A stretch of DNA of 63,942 bases, the filler included, from Hyphochytrium catenoides (taxonomy: Eukaryota; Protista; Hyphochytriomycota), in the NCBI GenBank assembly GCA_900088475.1. It is 5 parts of 5 records of this genome, joined end to end, with 100 filler letters (N's around TTAATTAATTAA, not from the genome) between each part and the next. Parts side by side here need not be neighbours in the genome. Positions count along the whole stretch, not along the records: positions 1 to 25,454 come from FLMG01003339.1; positions 25,555 to 34,776 come from FLMG01001258.1; 3 more parts are not named here. One strand, written 5' to 3'. How positions within the stretch are numbered: the stretch's first letter is position 1; the number at the start of each line of letters is the position of its first letter. Below the pieces are notes generated by a model, which worked only from the letters and a program-made list of their open reading frames with translations, was not told the DNA's origin and did not search any database. Made by a program: the position numbers and the translations under genes. Below are positions 10,767 to 26,205 of the stretch, in pieces.

Positions 10767-11170
10767 TTAACGCTGTGCCCTGACACTTTGCAGACTTTAC
10801 TACTGCTTGGCTGAGTTCTACTTGGTGGTTAGAGGAAGTGGGAAAGGTACTCGCCATCAGATCAGCTGGCCGATCTGGGCACAGTGTCCTCTCGTGTCAG
10901 ATGATACCCGAGTGTCGTATCCCACAGACGATAAATCACCAAAGATACAGTCGTGTTTATTTCCAATATCCGAAAAGAAAGCTATGTTCTTGAATTCTTT
11001 CCAATTTTCTCTCTCTAATGAAATGGAACGCGCCAGTCTCAAGATTGAAACCTATCCTGAAAGATTTCGATGCGGTCGTTTCACAATCCATGAAGATCTC
11101 CAGATCTTCAATCACCCATAGTCTGTAGCACCACCAAATGATCATGGTGGCCTCCGGTTCCTAGGACATG

Positions 11171-13144
11171 CTATCGGACACCATGTTCATAGGGTGACAC
11201 TCCCAAAGTCTCTGCCAGTGGCTTCAAGATGCGATGCAAGTATTCATAGATTGCCTCACTGGAGATGGCGGCAATTCTGGCTACTACACCTTTCGGTAAC
11301 TCGGCATAGGACCCGAGTGCTCTCATGGGGCTGATAGAGACATGCAGGGTTCCGGCCTTTGGAGAACCGGCAGAGTCCATTGAGTGGCCTCCCACCACTA
11401 CAGCGGAGGAGTATGACTTTCTTTCACTGGCCTTCATCAGCTGCAGGGAAGCCGTTGGAAACGTGTATGAACACAATTCCATATGTATCCCCATCCTTAC
11501 CTCTACAATGACACGACGGACCCGTGGGCCAATGACTATGACGGTAGCGAAGGACTGGAAGTGTCGCACTCGACTCTGAAAGCTCCTTAAACTGCCTGCC
11601 ACCAACAGAGTGCCTTTTCAGATAGCTGTATTTGATCAAAGTATGTACAATAGCTTTTGCTCACATACCGTCCAGGACAATATTGTCAAGAAGGATGGGT
11701 TCCCCAGCCAAAAAAACGTCTACGGTGCTGCGATATCGAGCCAGTTGCCATTTCTCACTGCAAGGTGTTATCCAACACGATGGTTGTTAGATAGGGGTGC
11801 TAAGAAGGACAAGACTATGGTCAGACGGACCTTCGTGTCTTGCTCGCATGCAGTTCTGCCTGCCATTCGCGGCCCCCAGTCACCCAGTCCACTGTTATAA
11901 GACTTGCTGTGACAAGAAGTGAGACCCTCAACAGCGATACCTTAGAAAATATAAAGGAAGCCTTTACCTTCGCCACTTTGGAGATAAAACCTTTGCTGCT
12001 GAGAGTAACGAGCATCTTTGAAGCATGCAACGGGGTCTAGAGCAATGTTGTAAGAATCGCATGGTCCGCCCGGCAAAGGGCGAATAGGAGAAATGTATGC
12101 TTGGTACGTAGTATACCTACGACATTGGCAAACAAACTGCCGTTCTCCACAGCAACATCAAGGCTCTGTGCACTTTCTTTTCCAGCCAGGCTTTTGAAGA
12201 TTTTTGAGATCCCCTGAGTCACGAAAGCCACTGAATCGTGGTGTCGATTAGCCTTGTCCAGAGAAAACATGCAAAGCCTATGGGCGAAGCATCCTACCAG
12301 TGCTACCGTTGCTCACGGTTCCTGTAATGCTAACTCTATCGCCAGCCACCAGGCCCCCTCCGTAGCCTATCACATACTGGGTGACGGGTTAAGGAGAGAA
12401 CGGAAAGGTAGTAAGCTCGGCGGAATACTAGCTTACTATCACAAGCCCACTTCCGGCTGCAGCCCGGTCTTCAGTTTCCCCATTTGCAGATAATTCTTTT
12501 GGAAGCTCAGTGGATGCTTTGCTCCTGCTTGGCGCTGTGATGAAGAGAAACTTCAGCGGGTAGCTGGCATAAAGGTCCAGAGGCACAGTGACCCCATCAA
12601 CCGCCGCGGCATGGAAATAGCCTGTACTGGAAGGGCAGCCGCCTTTCATCAGTGTTCCGCGTCACAGGTCCATGAGTGGCTTGCCAAGAGAGGAGAAGGA
12701 CAAGAGCGAAGACGCTGATTGTGAGGCGTGGCAAAAGACGAACCTGCTGCTGCTTCTGGAGCTGCTTCCTTCTTCCAAGCGAAGAAGCGAAGGCCGTTGA
12801 TCATGATCAGAACGATTGTCGTGCTGCCTCTGCTCAGCCCTCAGCCTGCTGTGAGGCGAACGACATACAATCTCATCATACAGCCATACATGTGAGGTAA
12901 ATAATCACCTTCCGATAACCAATTCTCATGTATCCTCAGTTATTGAGTTGTAAACGAAACGGCACTCACTTCTCTCGCTTCTCCGCACCTTCACCCACCA
13001 CCATCAGCTCTTGGTCAAGATCTACGAGGAAGACGTAGGAAGCCCCTGCTACGAGTACTAATCTATTGTCTTGCTTCTCATTGAGGCCGTCTCATCCTCG
13101 TTCGCGATAGATCTTTCCTTATGGCGGCGTAGCCCATCGTTCAT
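11171..13144 (-). CDS. ureD: Urease accessory protein UreD (multi-exon; N-terminal exons upstream of ~12630 tentative)
   Basis: Spliced motifs typical of eukaryotic UreD: YASYPLKFL; YVIGYGGGLVAGDRVSITGTVSNGSTVAFVTQGISKIFKS; DPVACFKDARYSQQQRF; ASLITVDWVTGGR; EKWQLARYRS; ATVIVIGPR; GVVARIAAISSEAIYEYLHRILKPLAETLGVSPY, with stop at 11171. Confidence 0.9.
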
Positions 13145-13309
13145 TTGGGAAGTATCTCAGTGTCAGGTGGTCAATGTTTACTATGAAGGGCGCCACGCAG
13201 ATTGCATGATACATTGCGCCATCGCACTCCGACAGCTCATCTCATGACGGGGACAATGGGCTGTTCCGATTACATCTTTATTGACTACTAAGCTCGGGCG
13301 GTAGGAATC

Positions 13310-16300
13310 ATGCAGATTGTGAGGCCTGAGGACGACATGGAGATACTAGATCTAAGTAAGTCGTCCCCAGAAACGAAGAGCCAGGAATACATTGAGCTTT
13401 GCAAGGCCGACGGCATCGTCCCCAACGAAGAAGTACTTCTCCAACTCGAGCTAGAGGCTTCTTCCTTCCATGCACCATCCCTGGTGAGTTTGAAACCTTT
13501 CTTTCCCCTTTACCTTACACGCCATAGCACGTAATCTGGCACCCACAGACAGATAATGACTGTTTCCCGATAAGCCACTTGCTGCGGACGGAGTGGAAGA
13601 TAACTACTCTGGATGTCTCTAATTGCGGCCTTGGCGTCGTTGGTGGTCGGCTATTGGCCATAGGACTCAGCGGTGTGTCAATCTTCTGTTAGTGCCAGTG
13701 TCATTTAAACTAACCATTCTTCGCGACCGCAGTGAATCCCTATATCAGAAGCCTGGACCTCTCGTACAACTCCGTTGGACTTGCAGGTATACGAGAGCTG
13801 GCGAAGAGGCTGATTGAGAGTGAAGTCTCCGCAATTGAGACCCTTCAACTTCGGTGAGATACTCGAGCAACCTAATTCACCCGCGAAGGAACTTAATAGT
13901 TTGGCGCCCTTTCAACTGTCCAATGTGCATTCTCTCTGCAGCGGACTTCATCTACAGGACGAGGGGGCCTTTTACATTATGAGCTGCTGCTCTCAACTAC
14001 AAACACTGCAAGCTATCGATCTCTCTGACAATTCAATAACCAACGACGGTAAGAGCCCGCGTCAGGGGGGCCAAAGTCAAGGCTGATACTTTCACCAACC
14101 CTCTCGCTTTTTAGGAGCTCTGTCCATCTCACAGGGCCTTCGATTAAATCGACATCTGCTCTCGGTCACATTGAACCAGAATTTGATTAGCTGTGAAGGA
14201 GCCGCGCTCATTGGGGGTGCATTTGCAGCTGGTTTGGGGTAAGCGCTGCAACACGCTCTACCTTCAGGATCCCGAGCTCACTCTTGTCTGCTCTCATCAC
14301 CATACCTCGAATAGCATTCCATCCGCCGTCATCTCACTGAGCCTTGCGGATAACTCCATAGGAGACTTAGGTAGGGAATATGGAGCCAGAATCAGCTCCT
14401 GTCATTAACCAAGACCTCCGGAAATAATCCTAGGAGTTACAAAGCTTGTGAAGGGCATGCTGGGCGACGCCAGATCGCAGCGTTCGTCGCCCTTGCAGCA
14501 TTTATGCCTCAGGGGGAATAAGATAGGCACAGAAGGTGCCATGGCACTTTCGGAGCTATTGACATCTAAGCTCATGCAACTGAAGACTCTTGACGTCTCC
14601 GCCAACAATATCGGAGCCGTAGGAATACTCTCACTCTTAAATGGCTTGCCAAATCACCAGACCCTAGAGCAACTTCATCTCAAGGTGAGAAGGGCCTAGT
14701 GTGATGTCTGCCATGTGCTATATTGAGCTTGACAGTCTCTGCAAGGGCTGTTCACTTAACGATGACTGCATCGTGGCTCTCAGCGCTGTCCTTAAGCAAA
14801 ACGGCTCACTACGATATATCGACCTTTCCCCTAACTCTGATTGTGAAGCGAAGCTGAAGAACAACTTAAAGGCGAGGGATGCGGTAACCATTAAGACCTT
14901 GTGTCCTTTCACTCTTTGGCCTCAACTAACTGCTGGTTACACATATGCTAAATGAAGCTTGAAGCTGTTGGGCGACTTCAGCTGGAGTTAACGCGTCTCC
15001 AATCGCTCAAGCTAGGGTCATTGCTAGAGCTACCAACGCTAGATCTCTCCAGGGGTTTCGATTCGCCTAACGTCCTCATTGAGTCCTCTGACATTTGTCG
15101 TACACCTAAAGAACTGAAGATAAAGGTTGCAGAAGGTGAGTCCAGCTTCGTAAACCTATTCCTTATCCTCATTCCGCGTGCTCAATAATGTATGGAAGTC
15201 TCCCCAATCAGTGACCCACAGGCTCACCTAGCTCGAGCTATCTCCATCTTGGAGGGAGAGGAAGATGGGGAAGGTCTGGACGTGATGGGTAACACCGCCG
15301 CGCAGATGCAGGTTGATCCTGCTTACAGGAGCCCGAGCGGCCTAGCTGGCGAGGTACGTGTGACTTACAAAGGATGACCCGGTAGCAATTCTCATGGCCA
15401 AATGGATGGGCGATAGTTGTCGAGGATAAAATCACAAGGATTATCTAGAATGCAGATAGCCCATAAGGCTTTGGAAGAGGAACCCCCGGCTTTGAATCCC
15501 CTTGGTCGTTCCGACCCTAAGGTGAATGTTATGGGACTCTGCGTTTGCTAGCCTGATGTCTAAGGCACTCCCCAAACGCTATCAACTGCTCTCTTCCAGT
15601 TATCTATGTATTACATTTTGGAGAGAATCCAGGTAAGTTGCAGCTCCTAGCTCCTCTGGAATGCATCAATCTTAAAGAGTGTTACTGACGCTGGATGTGA
15701 GAGTAGCATATTGAGGCTGAAAACGCCAACCTACGCGCTGCCTACCGCTCACTGTACGAGAGGTGCAGCATGGGCACACAGTCGTATGGAGATTCTCAAG
15801 AAAGTGTCACCGGGGCAACGGAGGCGAACAGGGGAGGAGCTACGCTTCAAACCTTCCATGTATGTGAGAGATCACCTCTCCTTTCCAGAATTAGCTCTTT
15901 TACTCGTTCGACACCCTATTTTAGACGCTCCATGAAAGGATCTGCGGCCTAGAAGAGGGACATCGGAGACGTGATGGTAGGTAACGAGTGATCCTGCGCC
16001 TTATGAAACACTGACAGGATCTTTCCTCGATACAGCGAAGCTGACCTCGGTCCTTGATATGCTGAAGGAAATTAGGGAACAAGGTCTGTGTTCTTGTTCT
16101 CTTCTTCTGGTCTGCGATTCACCTGCTAAATGTTTCCTTCCAGTGTCTGCACTGGAGTCCAGACTTCATGACTCTTTGTTATTGTCAGAAGAGGGTAACA
16201 GAGAGCTAGGAGCCGAGCTGGAGGCGGTGAAGGAAAGGATTGAGACAGACGTCCTAACTGATATAGCCGGCCAAAAGGTACTATTGCCTGGCCCTGAGTT

Positions 16301-16492
16301 TGCTTGTCNNNNNNNNNNNNNNNNNNNNNNNNNNNNNNNNNNNNNNNNNNNNNNNNNNNNNNNNNNATGGAAGAGCTTGTCATTGCGGAAGCGGAGACAA
16401 GCAGCAAAACACTTCAAACTATCGTTGAGACGACAAAACAGGCCATTGCCTGGCCTGGCTCACAAGCACCAGAGCAACCCAGCTTACGATGA
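13310..16492 (+). CDS. RNI-like leucine-rich-repeat protein with C-terminal coiled-coil region (many exons; gap 16309-16366)
   Basis: Repeated LxxLDLSxNxIGxxG units in successive exons: ITTLDVSNCGLG, IRSLDLSYNSVGLAG, LQAIDLSDNSITNDG, LQHLCLRGNKIGTEG, LKTLDVSANNIGAVG. Canonical donors are visible (e.g. ctg|gtgagt at 13483). Confidence 0.88.
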
Positions 16493-16603
16493 CACTTCAT
16501 TGAAATGCCAGAGATACTCTTTAGTGTCCAGGTGCAAAGACAAAATGTATCTTACTTCGTTCTAACCCTCTTAAACTCCATAGTGCTATTGATGCTGAGC
16601 TAA

Positions 16604-18606
<2,003 letters not shown>

Positions 18607-19197
18607 TGTCGTACAACCGCCGAGGCTGATCTAGCGACGTCAAGGTATGCTGCCGCTCCCTCTCTGACGGAGCTATCTCCTTCAGAAGTCTCCGCCGCAG
18701 CTTGGATTTATCTCAGTTTTGCAGACAGATCTCTCACTTAGTAGTAGAGCCTTATCGCTGCCTGTCAGAGATTTACCTCTCAGATGCTCTGAACAAAGAG
18801 ACAACTCCCCAGATGATGTGCACTGGAAAAATAGATACTGCCCGTTAGCGGCCAGGTGAGGGCAACAGATCTGCAAAATCTGCAAAATCTTCAGTCTCGT
18901 TCAAAGCTTCACTTGTCAATGCCTCCGCCGTCCGATAGCAACCACAGCTGCTCGCAAGACAATGTGAAGGGGTGGCAAGGGCCTTAGATTAAACTCTAGG
19001 CAAGGGCTTCAGATTAAACTCAGACTCAAGCAATATTACTAGCCGTGGTGTCACGGGGTTTCTCAATGATGTGGAAAGCTGTCGGGTACACAGCTTGCAA
19101 TCAAAGAAAGTACTAGTCCCGTTCCCGTGTCAATGAGAGCTACCGGGTGGGAGGTCAGATAGTGAGACGTATACTTGGTGGACGGTTATTCTAGTTG

Positions 19198-22100
19198 CTA
19201 ATCTGACTCTTGCCCGGGTTGTATAGCGCTGCTTAAAGCTGGAAAAGGATTAGTATCGACTCCCAGCTGAGGAGAAACTCTCCATCGGCTGTACTCAGGC
19301 AGCTCTGCGTGAGTTCGCTCATGGATGTGCAAAGTATACTGGCGAGAAAATTCTTGGCCGCAACCCGGTACTGTGCATCGGTATAGCTTCTTATATCGAC
19401 CCGGAGATATCTGGACTTCGGTCACCGCGATCGTGGGGCTGAAGCCTATAATATGACCCTCAGATGCTTCTCTCGTATTTGTCGACCAGAGGTCTCCTAA
19501 CTTCCTCAGTTCTTCGTGCTCCTCCTGTTCCTCCTCTTCCCTTTGTCTTGCAGCGGTCCGTTCAGGCTGCATGAGCTGCTCTTCCCTTGGCGTCCCTGCC
19601 TTGACTGGTGCTTTTCTTGAAGTGGGGTTGATCGGTGAGGAGAGACCGGACTTGAATGGCTTCGGAGTCTGTCATTAAGCAGGGAAAGCAGGATAATAGA
19701 GAGAGACATCACCCATCAGAAAGGCCAAAGTACCCGGCGATTTCTTACCACGCGACTATTTTCCCAGAGGCACTGTCCCATCAATATTCGGAGGTGGGCG
19801 CAGATGGCATGTGGGAGCTTCTGCCGATAGCTCTGCTCCCGCCCCTGAGAAGATGTCAGTGAGAGATGGGGACATGATGCGTGGCCATATGAATGATGGC
19901 ATAAAGCCCAATCTCCTCATTGTATGTTTCAGCAAATGCTAAAGGAGAAGTACTTACCAGATCTGCAACTGACCGCAGCCCACAATCTCTCAAAATGTCT
20001 GTCACCTCTCTGGATCGCCTCGACACCATTGTGGCTCGCTCTTTCACTCGTTGCACAATGGTCTCTTCATCGGCGGTGTAGGCTACTAGGTCCTGAATAA
20101 ATAATTCATAGTTCTCCTCACTCCAGTCAAGCTCCTCAACCGAAAGATCGGAGAGTGCATTGAGACTGGAAGAATGTGGATGAAGCACGAAGCAAGCTCT
20201 ATAAACAAGATCATCTAATGAGATGCTCGGCGAAAGGCCTTGTTCTACAAAGTCTGCCATCTCCTTAACCATCCCTCGCACCCGATCGCTAGAAGGCCCA
20301 GGCTGTGCGCCAGTTGTGGAGGAGGAAAGCACGTGGTGGCCTTCTGATTCTTCAGGTCTGGGCTTCGAAGAAATCGGTGGTAGCAGCTGAGCAGTCCTAG
20401 GACTCCTGGAGGCGGCTGCCGCGGGCGATGTATGACCCTCCTGGGAAGCTAGGACTACGGATGCCCTAGTTCGAACTCCTGTCGACGTTAAAGGTTGGTT
20501 GAGCTTCGACATAACGGCTGGCAAGCAGGACCAGGAAAGGAAGGACAATCATGGGGGTGGGAGCCGCAGTTCAAAAGCATTGCCGGAAACAAACCTGTGT
20601 TCTTGGCTCTGTCCGATGGCCCATGCTTCTGCAGGTAAGCATACTCATGCTTCAGCTTTCCTCTTTTAATGTTACTTAACTCCTCCTGGATCTCAAAGGC
20701 TAGGTCCACTATCTTCGTGGCGAGAGGAGGCGGAAGTCCGAGCTGCTGAAGCCTTTGCAGAGCATTAGGTATAGCCATCAAATCCTTGATCAGTTTGAAT
20801 CCTTGACTTTTTAGCTCGTCAACGTATGGCTGAACCGCATCGAAGGCGTCCTGTTCACGTCGGACCTGTTGAGACCATGCGTGAGGAAAAGTTTACTGAG
20901 AAGAGACTGTGCTCAGGGTGAGAAGAGGCTGCTCAACTAGTGGGAACACGGACGAACGGTCGTTCAGCCTTTGACAATAGGACAAGTTCTCCTACATTGG
21001 ATAATGGGGAAGTGATCAAGAAACACCAGGTTTACTATGTGCAACAAGACTGCTATGTGGCGACTGGGACTCGGATCAGCAAGAATGGTGGAGAGATTAG
21101 AGAATCAAAAGAACCAGAAGAGATGAGCAAACAAAAAACCTGAGTAGTGACTCTACGTTGACAGGCACATAGGGCTTCATGACCTTTATAAGCCCAGGAG
21201 GGAGTGCTAGATACTCTTCAAAGGGAGCCTCTGTCGACGCCCAATGAAAAGGAGAGTGAATATTGCCTGCCACATAGGTCCGTAGTGATGCCAGCCTAAG
21301 GAGTTTGTCAATATTGTCTTCCAATCCCAGAGGCACGTCGTTGAGAATACTTCGGCTATAGAAGCCACGCGCGTTGGCAGCCTTCAGAAGAGCCTGGAAA
21401 GGCATAGCGCCCAGAGGTCAAGCCAAGGAAGATAGCCAATTCGCAATCATGAGGACAGAAGATGATCAGAAAGATTGCGATGCGCTCAAGGCCTAGATGT
21501 GTTAGCCTGGCTATCTTAGTCACCTTATCTTCAAGGATGGCCTTCTTCTTAGCAGGCGTTAAGTTAGGAGTTACGTCCTCCTGCATGTAATCGACATCAG
21601 CTGCGGATCGCGGCAACGTTGCCCAGCAGTTGGGACCAACGAGGCTTTCAAGCAGACGGAAATGAGTGTAAACGCATCGTAGAGACCGGATTGACAAAAC
21701 TGCGAAGAAGAGATGGAGAGGAGACACATCTTATAGACTGAGATACCAATACCTTGAAATAAGGATCTAACTGTACGTCTGGTCGTCTCTTGAGCGTGAA
21801 GAGAAGTAGTCGTAGGTCATTGGTGCCCTTTCCCTGAGCTTTTAGCCCTCGTCTAAACATATATGAAGAAAGGCAGGGTTAGCCAGAGAGAGTTAGATGA
21901 GATACATTTATGGGAGACCATGCCAGAAAGGAGAGACAACTTACAGTCCAGCTAGCACCTCAGCGTAAGCATAACCTTCTGCCTGCGCCTCCCTAACCAC
22001 CTGCTCATTGAAGCGTCCGTCTGCTCTGGGCCTAACGCGCCCTCTCTTCTTCGGACCGATTCGAGCGCTAGAGGTGTCCATGGGTTGGTCCTATCAGCGT

Positions 22101-25080
22101 TCATCAAGGAACGTAGTCACAAGAGAGGTGTTAGGGTGTGGGCCTCATCCGTGGGTGTTTGGTGCGGCTAAAGGAAACTCTTTCGTACTTGAAGAGTGGA
22201 CTTCGGGCTGAGGTTTCGCACTTTATCTCTGTTGAGAAGCTTGACGGCTTTTCTTTGCCATGGCCCCGGGTTTCTAGGCAGCGCGCTTAATCTGGCATCC
22301 ACAGCTTGCTCTCTATAGCAAATAGCAATGAGCAAACCAAGGGATCACCGCAACATAGCCTTAGCGTACTTCCATGACAGTGGGCTCTTGAGTAGAAGCA
22401 AAAGAACTTGCTTACCTTTCGGACGGGCTCACGAAGCTTTCCTCAACGTCGGAAACCTCAGTCTCAGCTGCAGGCTCAAGAGCACTGGCACTCTCCAGGG
22501 ATGGGTTACCATGTAAAAGAGCCTCCCAGGACTATTTGTGGAGTGTAAGAAGTCTAGACCGCGATGGGTAGGAATAGACAGGAAAAAGAGATTCACAGAA
22601 AGCTAAGAGCAAGAGACGGAAAGATTTTGCATACCTCCCAAGCAGCCTCGTGCTGCTTTTCTCTGGCGAGAAGCACCTTCTCAATGAAGGTGGAGGCCTG
22701 CTCCTCTTCTTCCTTCATGGACACTTCAAAATCTCGGTAGTCATTGTTCACACTCTTGAGAAAGCCCCAGAGATCGCCTAGTCAAGCATACGTAGTCAAG
22801 TCTTGAAGTCCAACTAACTCTAGTTCTCCTCGCTCTGCTCCTTGGGTTACCTTGCTTGATATACTTCTCGGCAAGTTCCCTAAGGCGAGGATTTAGTGAG
22901 CTCTGTAAACGCATTTCACGCACCAAACGGCGGGCCCGGAACCCTCTCCACACTCTCTGGATATCAAGGGCACCAGCCTAACCCATCGGGTGCGCATTGT
23001 CAGGGAGGAGGGAAATGGTGAGACGACTGTGGTGCCATGGTTGAGAAAAGAGTGCTAATGGAAGGAGAGCGAGAGTGAAACGCTCCAGAGAAGAAGATAA
23101 CGTAGAAGAGAAAAGGGCTTCTATACTTTAACCCGGACGCTACCATGAGACAAACAAAGAACAGATCAAACCAAGGAGCCAGTGGGCAGCTGGAGCGTCC
23201 GTTTCACCTTTTCTTTGAGATCCATCGCAGCTTTCGCCTTCTCCATCCTGATCTTTCTCGCAAGCTTTCTAGCCAAGTATCCTCTCCATACTCTTTGAAT
23301 ATTAATGGCGCCCTCTCGCTCGTCTTTCTCTTTCTTCTTCTGGCGAAGCTCATTCAAGATCCTCTTGCTCCTCACTTGGCGCCAAAAGCACTGGATGGTG
23401 ATAGCAGCATGGTGCCATTCCTCTTCCCGCTTGGTTCTGGCTAAACGGTGGCGGACCTGCACTGCCTGCCAACAGCGGAACCTTGGGAGAGACAGAGTTA
23501 ATGCGGACCCAAACGTGACAGTATACTGGCATACTAACGGGACACGGTACATGTACAAAGTCAAGCTAATGGAAAACCTCCACGGTGAATTCTTGGAGGG
23601 GAGAAGGACTCGGTAGACTGAGAACATCACGTACCAGCTCTGCAGCGTCACTGCGGCGGCGAACACTCTCTTGTGCCACTCCAGCTGAAGCTCTAACTGA
23701 TATCGCCACCGCATCCGATAGCCCCTGGCAATCCGCTGTATGTGTATCACGCCCTGGCGCTCTATAAAGTTCTTAAGAACCTGTAGAAAAATGTTCAGCC
23801 CATATGGCAGAGCGCTATCAACCTTTTGCTAGTCAAGAAGGGCATGTTCACAAGGAATTACTATTTCATCTTTCGGTACCCCTTCTTCGGATTACCTTCT
23901 GTTCTACTTCTAAGGGATGGCGCTGCCTCTTGACCTGAGCAAGCTCGTTGAGGAGGATAGGCTCATAATAGGATATCGGCAGCCTCTGCTTTCGACCATG
24001 GATAAAATCTGTGTCTATATAGAGACAATCTACCTCCATACCAGTTTTTTTGGCACCTTGCTTTGCTTCAAGATCCTTCCTGTGTGATGCAGGGGAGATT
24101 TTAGTATGTGGACAAACCTGTAAGCTAGTGTGATGACCGAATGAATAGACCACAGATAGAGTGCATGCTAGAGTAAGTAGAGTCAATAGAGTCAAGAGCA
24201 GCACGGATAAGGAAGAGCAACTCCTTTGGTAAGCCATTTGCTTTAACAGTAAAGTCAACTCTAAAGGCGGCATCGTAAACGACGGGTACGCAATCCAGAA
24301 GATGTTTGTCACTCACGAAGCGACTGCATAGTCAGCCTTCTTGTCCTCTATCTCCTTTCGTTCTCTCTCAAAGCGCCGTATTCTGCTTTCCAAGTCGGAT
24401 ATCTCCTCCTTGAGCTCCTCGTTCCGAAGCCAGGTTCCCTCTCTCAGCCTTCTCATAAAGTCAGAGCTAATACCTTTCCGACAACTCCGTTCCTCCTCCC
24501 TATCAGCAAATGCGCCATACAGAGAACTCGAGTTGAGGGCCCGCATAGAAAAGGATGACAACAGCAAGCAAGTGTAAGGAAGAAGAGAAAAAGAGCAAAT
24601 CCGGAAAATTTGGCTTTAGTGAGGAGCCACTAGCCCATCGAACACGGAAATTAGGGGATGACAACGCAAGCAATGCGGAGCTATGCAGAACAACAGCGGA
24701 GAGAACAAGGGTCTAGGCCCTTATAGACAAACAATCTAGCGGCTACCGCTGCTATGGGAGAGAAAATGAAAGACAGAAAGAGAGCCATAGACACAGAACG
24801 AAGAGGGATGGAGGGAGACGAGGAATGGGCCAACATACGTGACTTGTGGGGCCCTCGGAATGACAAGCTCGTAAAAGTCATCCTCCTCTTCCTGTCTTTC
24901 CCCACCGTTCGCCTCTATGGGAACACGCAGTATCTCAAAGGCTTCATTGAACTCTTTCTCCTCCTTCTCCTTTTGCGCTTTCTTTCTATCAGAAACTTGG
25001 CTCAGCTGCCGGTCCACTGGGCCATACCCGCAGGTGCAGCCACGACCCAGCGGGCAGCCACAGCTCTGGATTCCTTCCAT
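19198..25080 (-). CDS. Large multi-exon protein: coiled coil, ~5 IQ calmodulin-binding motifs, helical region and C-terminal C2H2 zinc finger (5' end uncertain, may reach ~25400)
   Basis: IQ motifs IQRIARGYRMR, LQSW|FRCWQAV, IQCFWRQVRSK, IQRVWRGYLARK and IQRVWRGFRARR (22900-23750). The terminal exon has YRCTVPGCGQEFSRQYTLHIHERTH. Minus-strand exons are contiguous; that they form one gene is inferred. Confidence 0.7.
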
Positions 25081-25454
25081 GGCTGTACTTCCGCCTACTT
25101 AGCCGTATCAGCTTGTTCTTTCATAAACATCTCACCAGCACCGAAGACGCCCTATAGCATAGCAGCCCGCCAACCTGAGTTTGGCCCTTGCGCTAGCGGC
25201 TAGGCCTAGTCGTCCTGGCTCTTCGTGCTATTGCGACACATTCCGTCAGTATCCGCCACCAGACCACCTTCTTTACTTCTCTAAGAGTCAAGACCTGTCC
25301 TATTGGCACTTCCACGCCTCTCGGCTCCCACTCTGCTTTAAAAGCCTTGGGCTTCGTACGATCGAGGCCTGCAGGACCAAGGAAAGCCAGCACCGATCAA
25401 TGTGCTTTGATGATGATGAGGTTGTGATGATGAGAGGGTTACACTTTATGCCGC

Positions 25455-25554
25455 NNNNNNNNNNNNNNNNNNNNNNNNNNNNNNNNNNNNNNNNNNNNTT
25501 AATTAATTAANNNNNNNNNNNNNNNNNNNNNNNNNNNNNNNNNNNNNNNNNNNN
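25455..25554. other. Artificial contig linker (N44-TTAATTAATTAA-N44)
   Basis: An identical 100-bp structure occurs four times in the window; TTAATTAATTAA gives stops in all six frames. Confidence 0.95.
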
Positions 25555-26017
25555 GACGGTTTGCCGACAGTTTTTCCTGTGGCGAAAACCAAGCCTACCC
25601 AACCGTAAGATAAACCTGGCCACCCATCCTGAGGCTGTTGTACCTGTATGAGATCGTTCGTGTGTATCCCATCCCTTTTGGACGGACGTTCTGCCTAAAA
25701 CTGACTGTCGAACTGACGGATCCCATTCAGATTGCTGGTGGAAGGCGTCAGAATGCGCCAAACTGATCCCCAAAACTGGCTGTTAGCGGCACGTTTGATC
25801 AGTTTGTAGGCAGAAAGTGAGGGGCCTCAAACTGATCAAGCCGCACAGGCCCAGTATTTCATATCTCTCTTCCTCTTTTTATAAACAGTAGGCCACATTA
25901 ACCGTGAAAATAAACCAATTTATTACCGTAAAACAATCGACATAAAAAGAAAATCCCCTTTTATCCATCAGCCTACACCTGGGGGAGGTGTGGTTACCGT
26001 GATTATGGCAGGCCCTA
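25555..26017 (-). mobile_element. Possible terminus of a hAT-like DNA transposon
   Basis: The minus strand starts TAGGGCCTG... at 26017, resembling the Ac TIR TAGGGATGAAA. Same-orientation ACCGT motifs at 25602, 25901, 25925, 25996; inverted repeat at 25795-25839; the contig breaks inside it. The other end is not visible. Confidence 0.3.
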
Positions 26018-26205
26018 CATCTCTGTTTGTCACGAAGATCCAGATCTCTGGCATTCATTTCTGAAGCTTCGTTATCGGGAAGCGCACACCTGGACAAGAT
26101 AAATTTAGCCATTTGGCTACATTCCACACTATTCAGGACTCAGACGCTTGAGGGGAGTATTTGTTTATCTTCAGGGAACTCAACCTTCTATTGTGGTGAG
26201 AAACC

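Noticed and set aside
9500-13200. Possible stop-codon reassignment suggested by fragmented ORFs
   Set aside because: Short introns explain the fragmentation, and the Gln/Glu-rich mucin and Copia ORFs run without internal TAA/TAG/TGA.
18974-19021. Two 23-bp direct repeats (period 25) upstream of ArfGAP
   Set aside because: Only two copies; indistinguishable from a local slippage duplication.
25499-25510. TTAATTAATTAA palindrome, also at 34821, 59252 and 61782 (PacI/piggyBac-like)
   Set aside because: It is always centred in identical N runs, so it is an assembly spacer.
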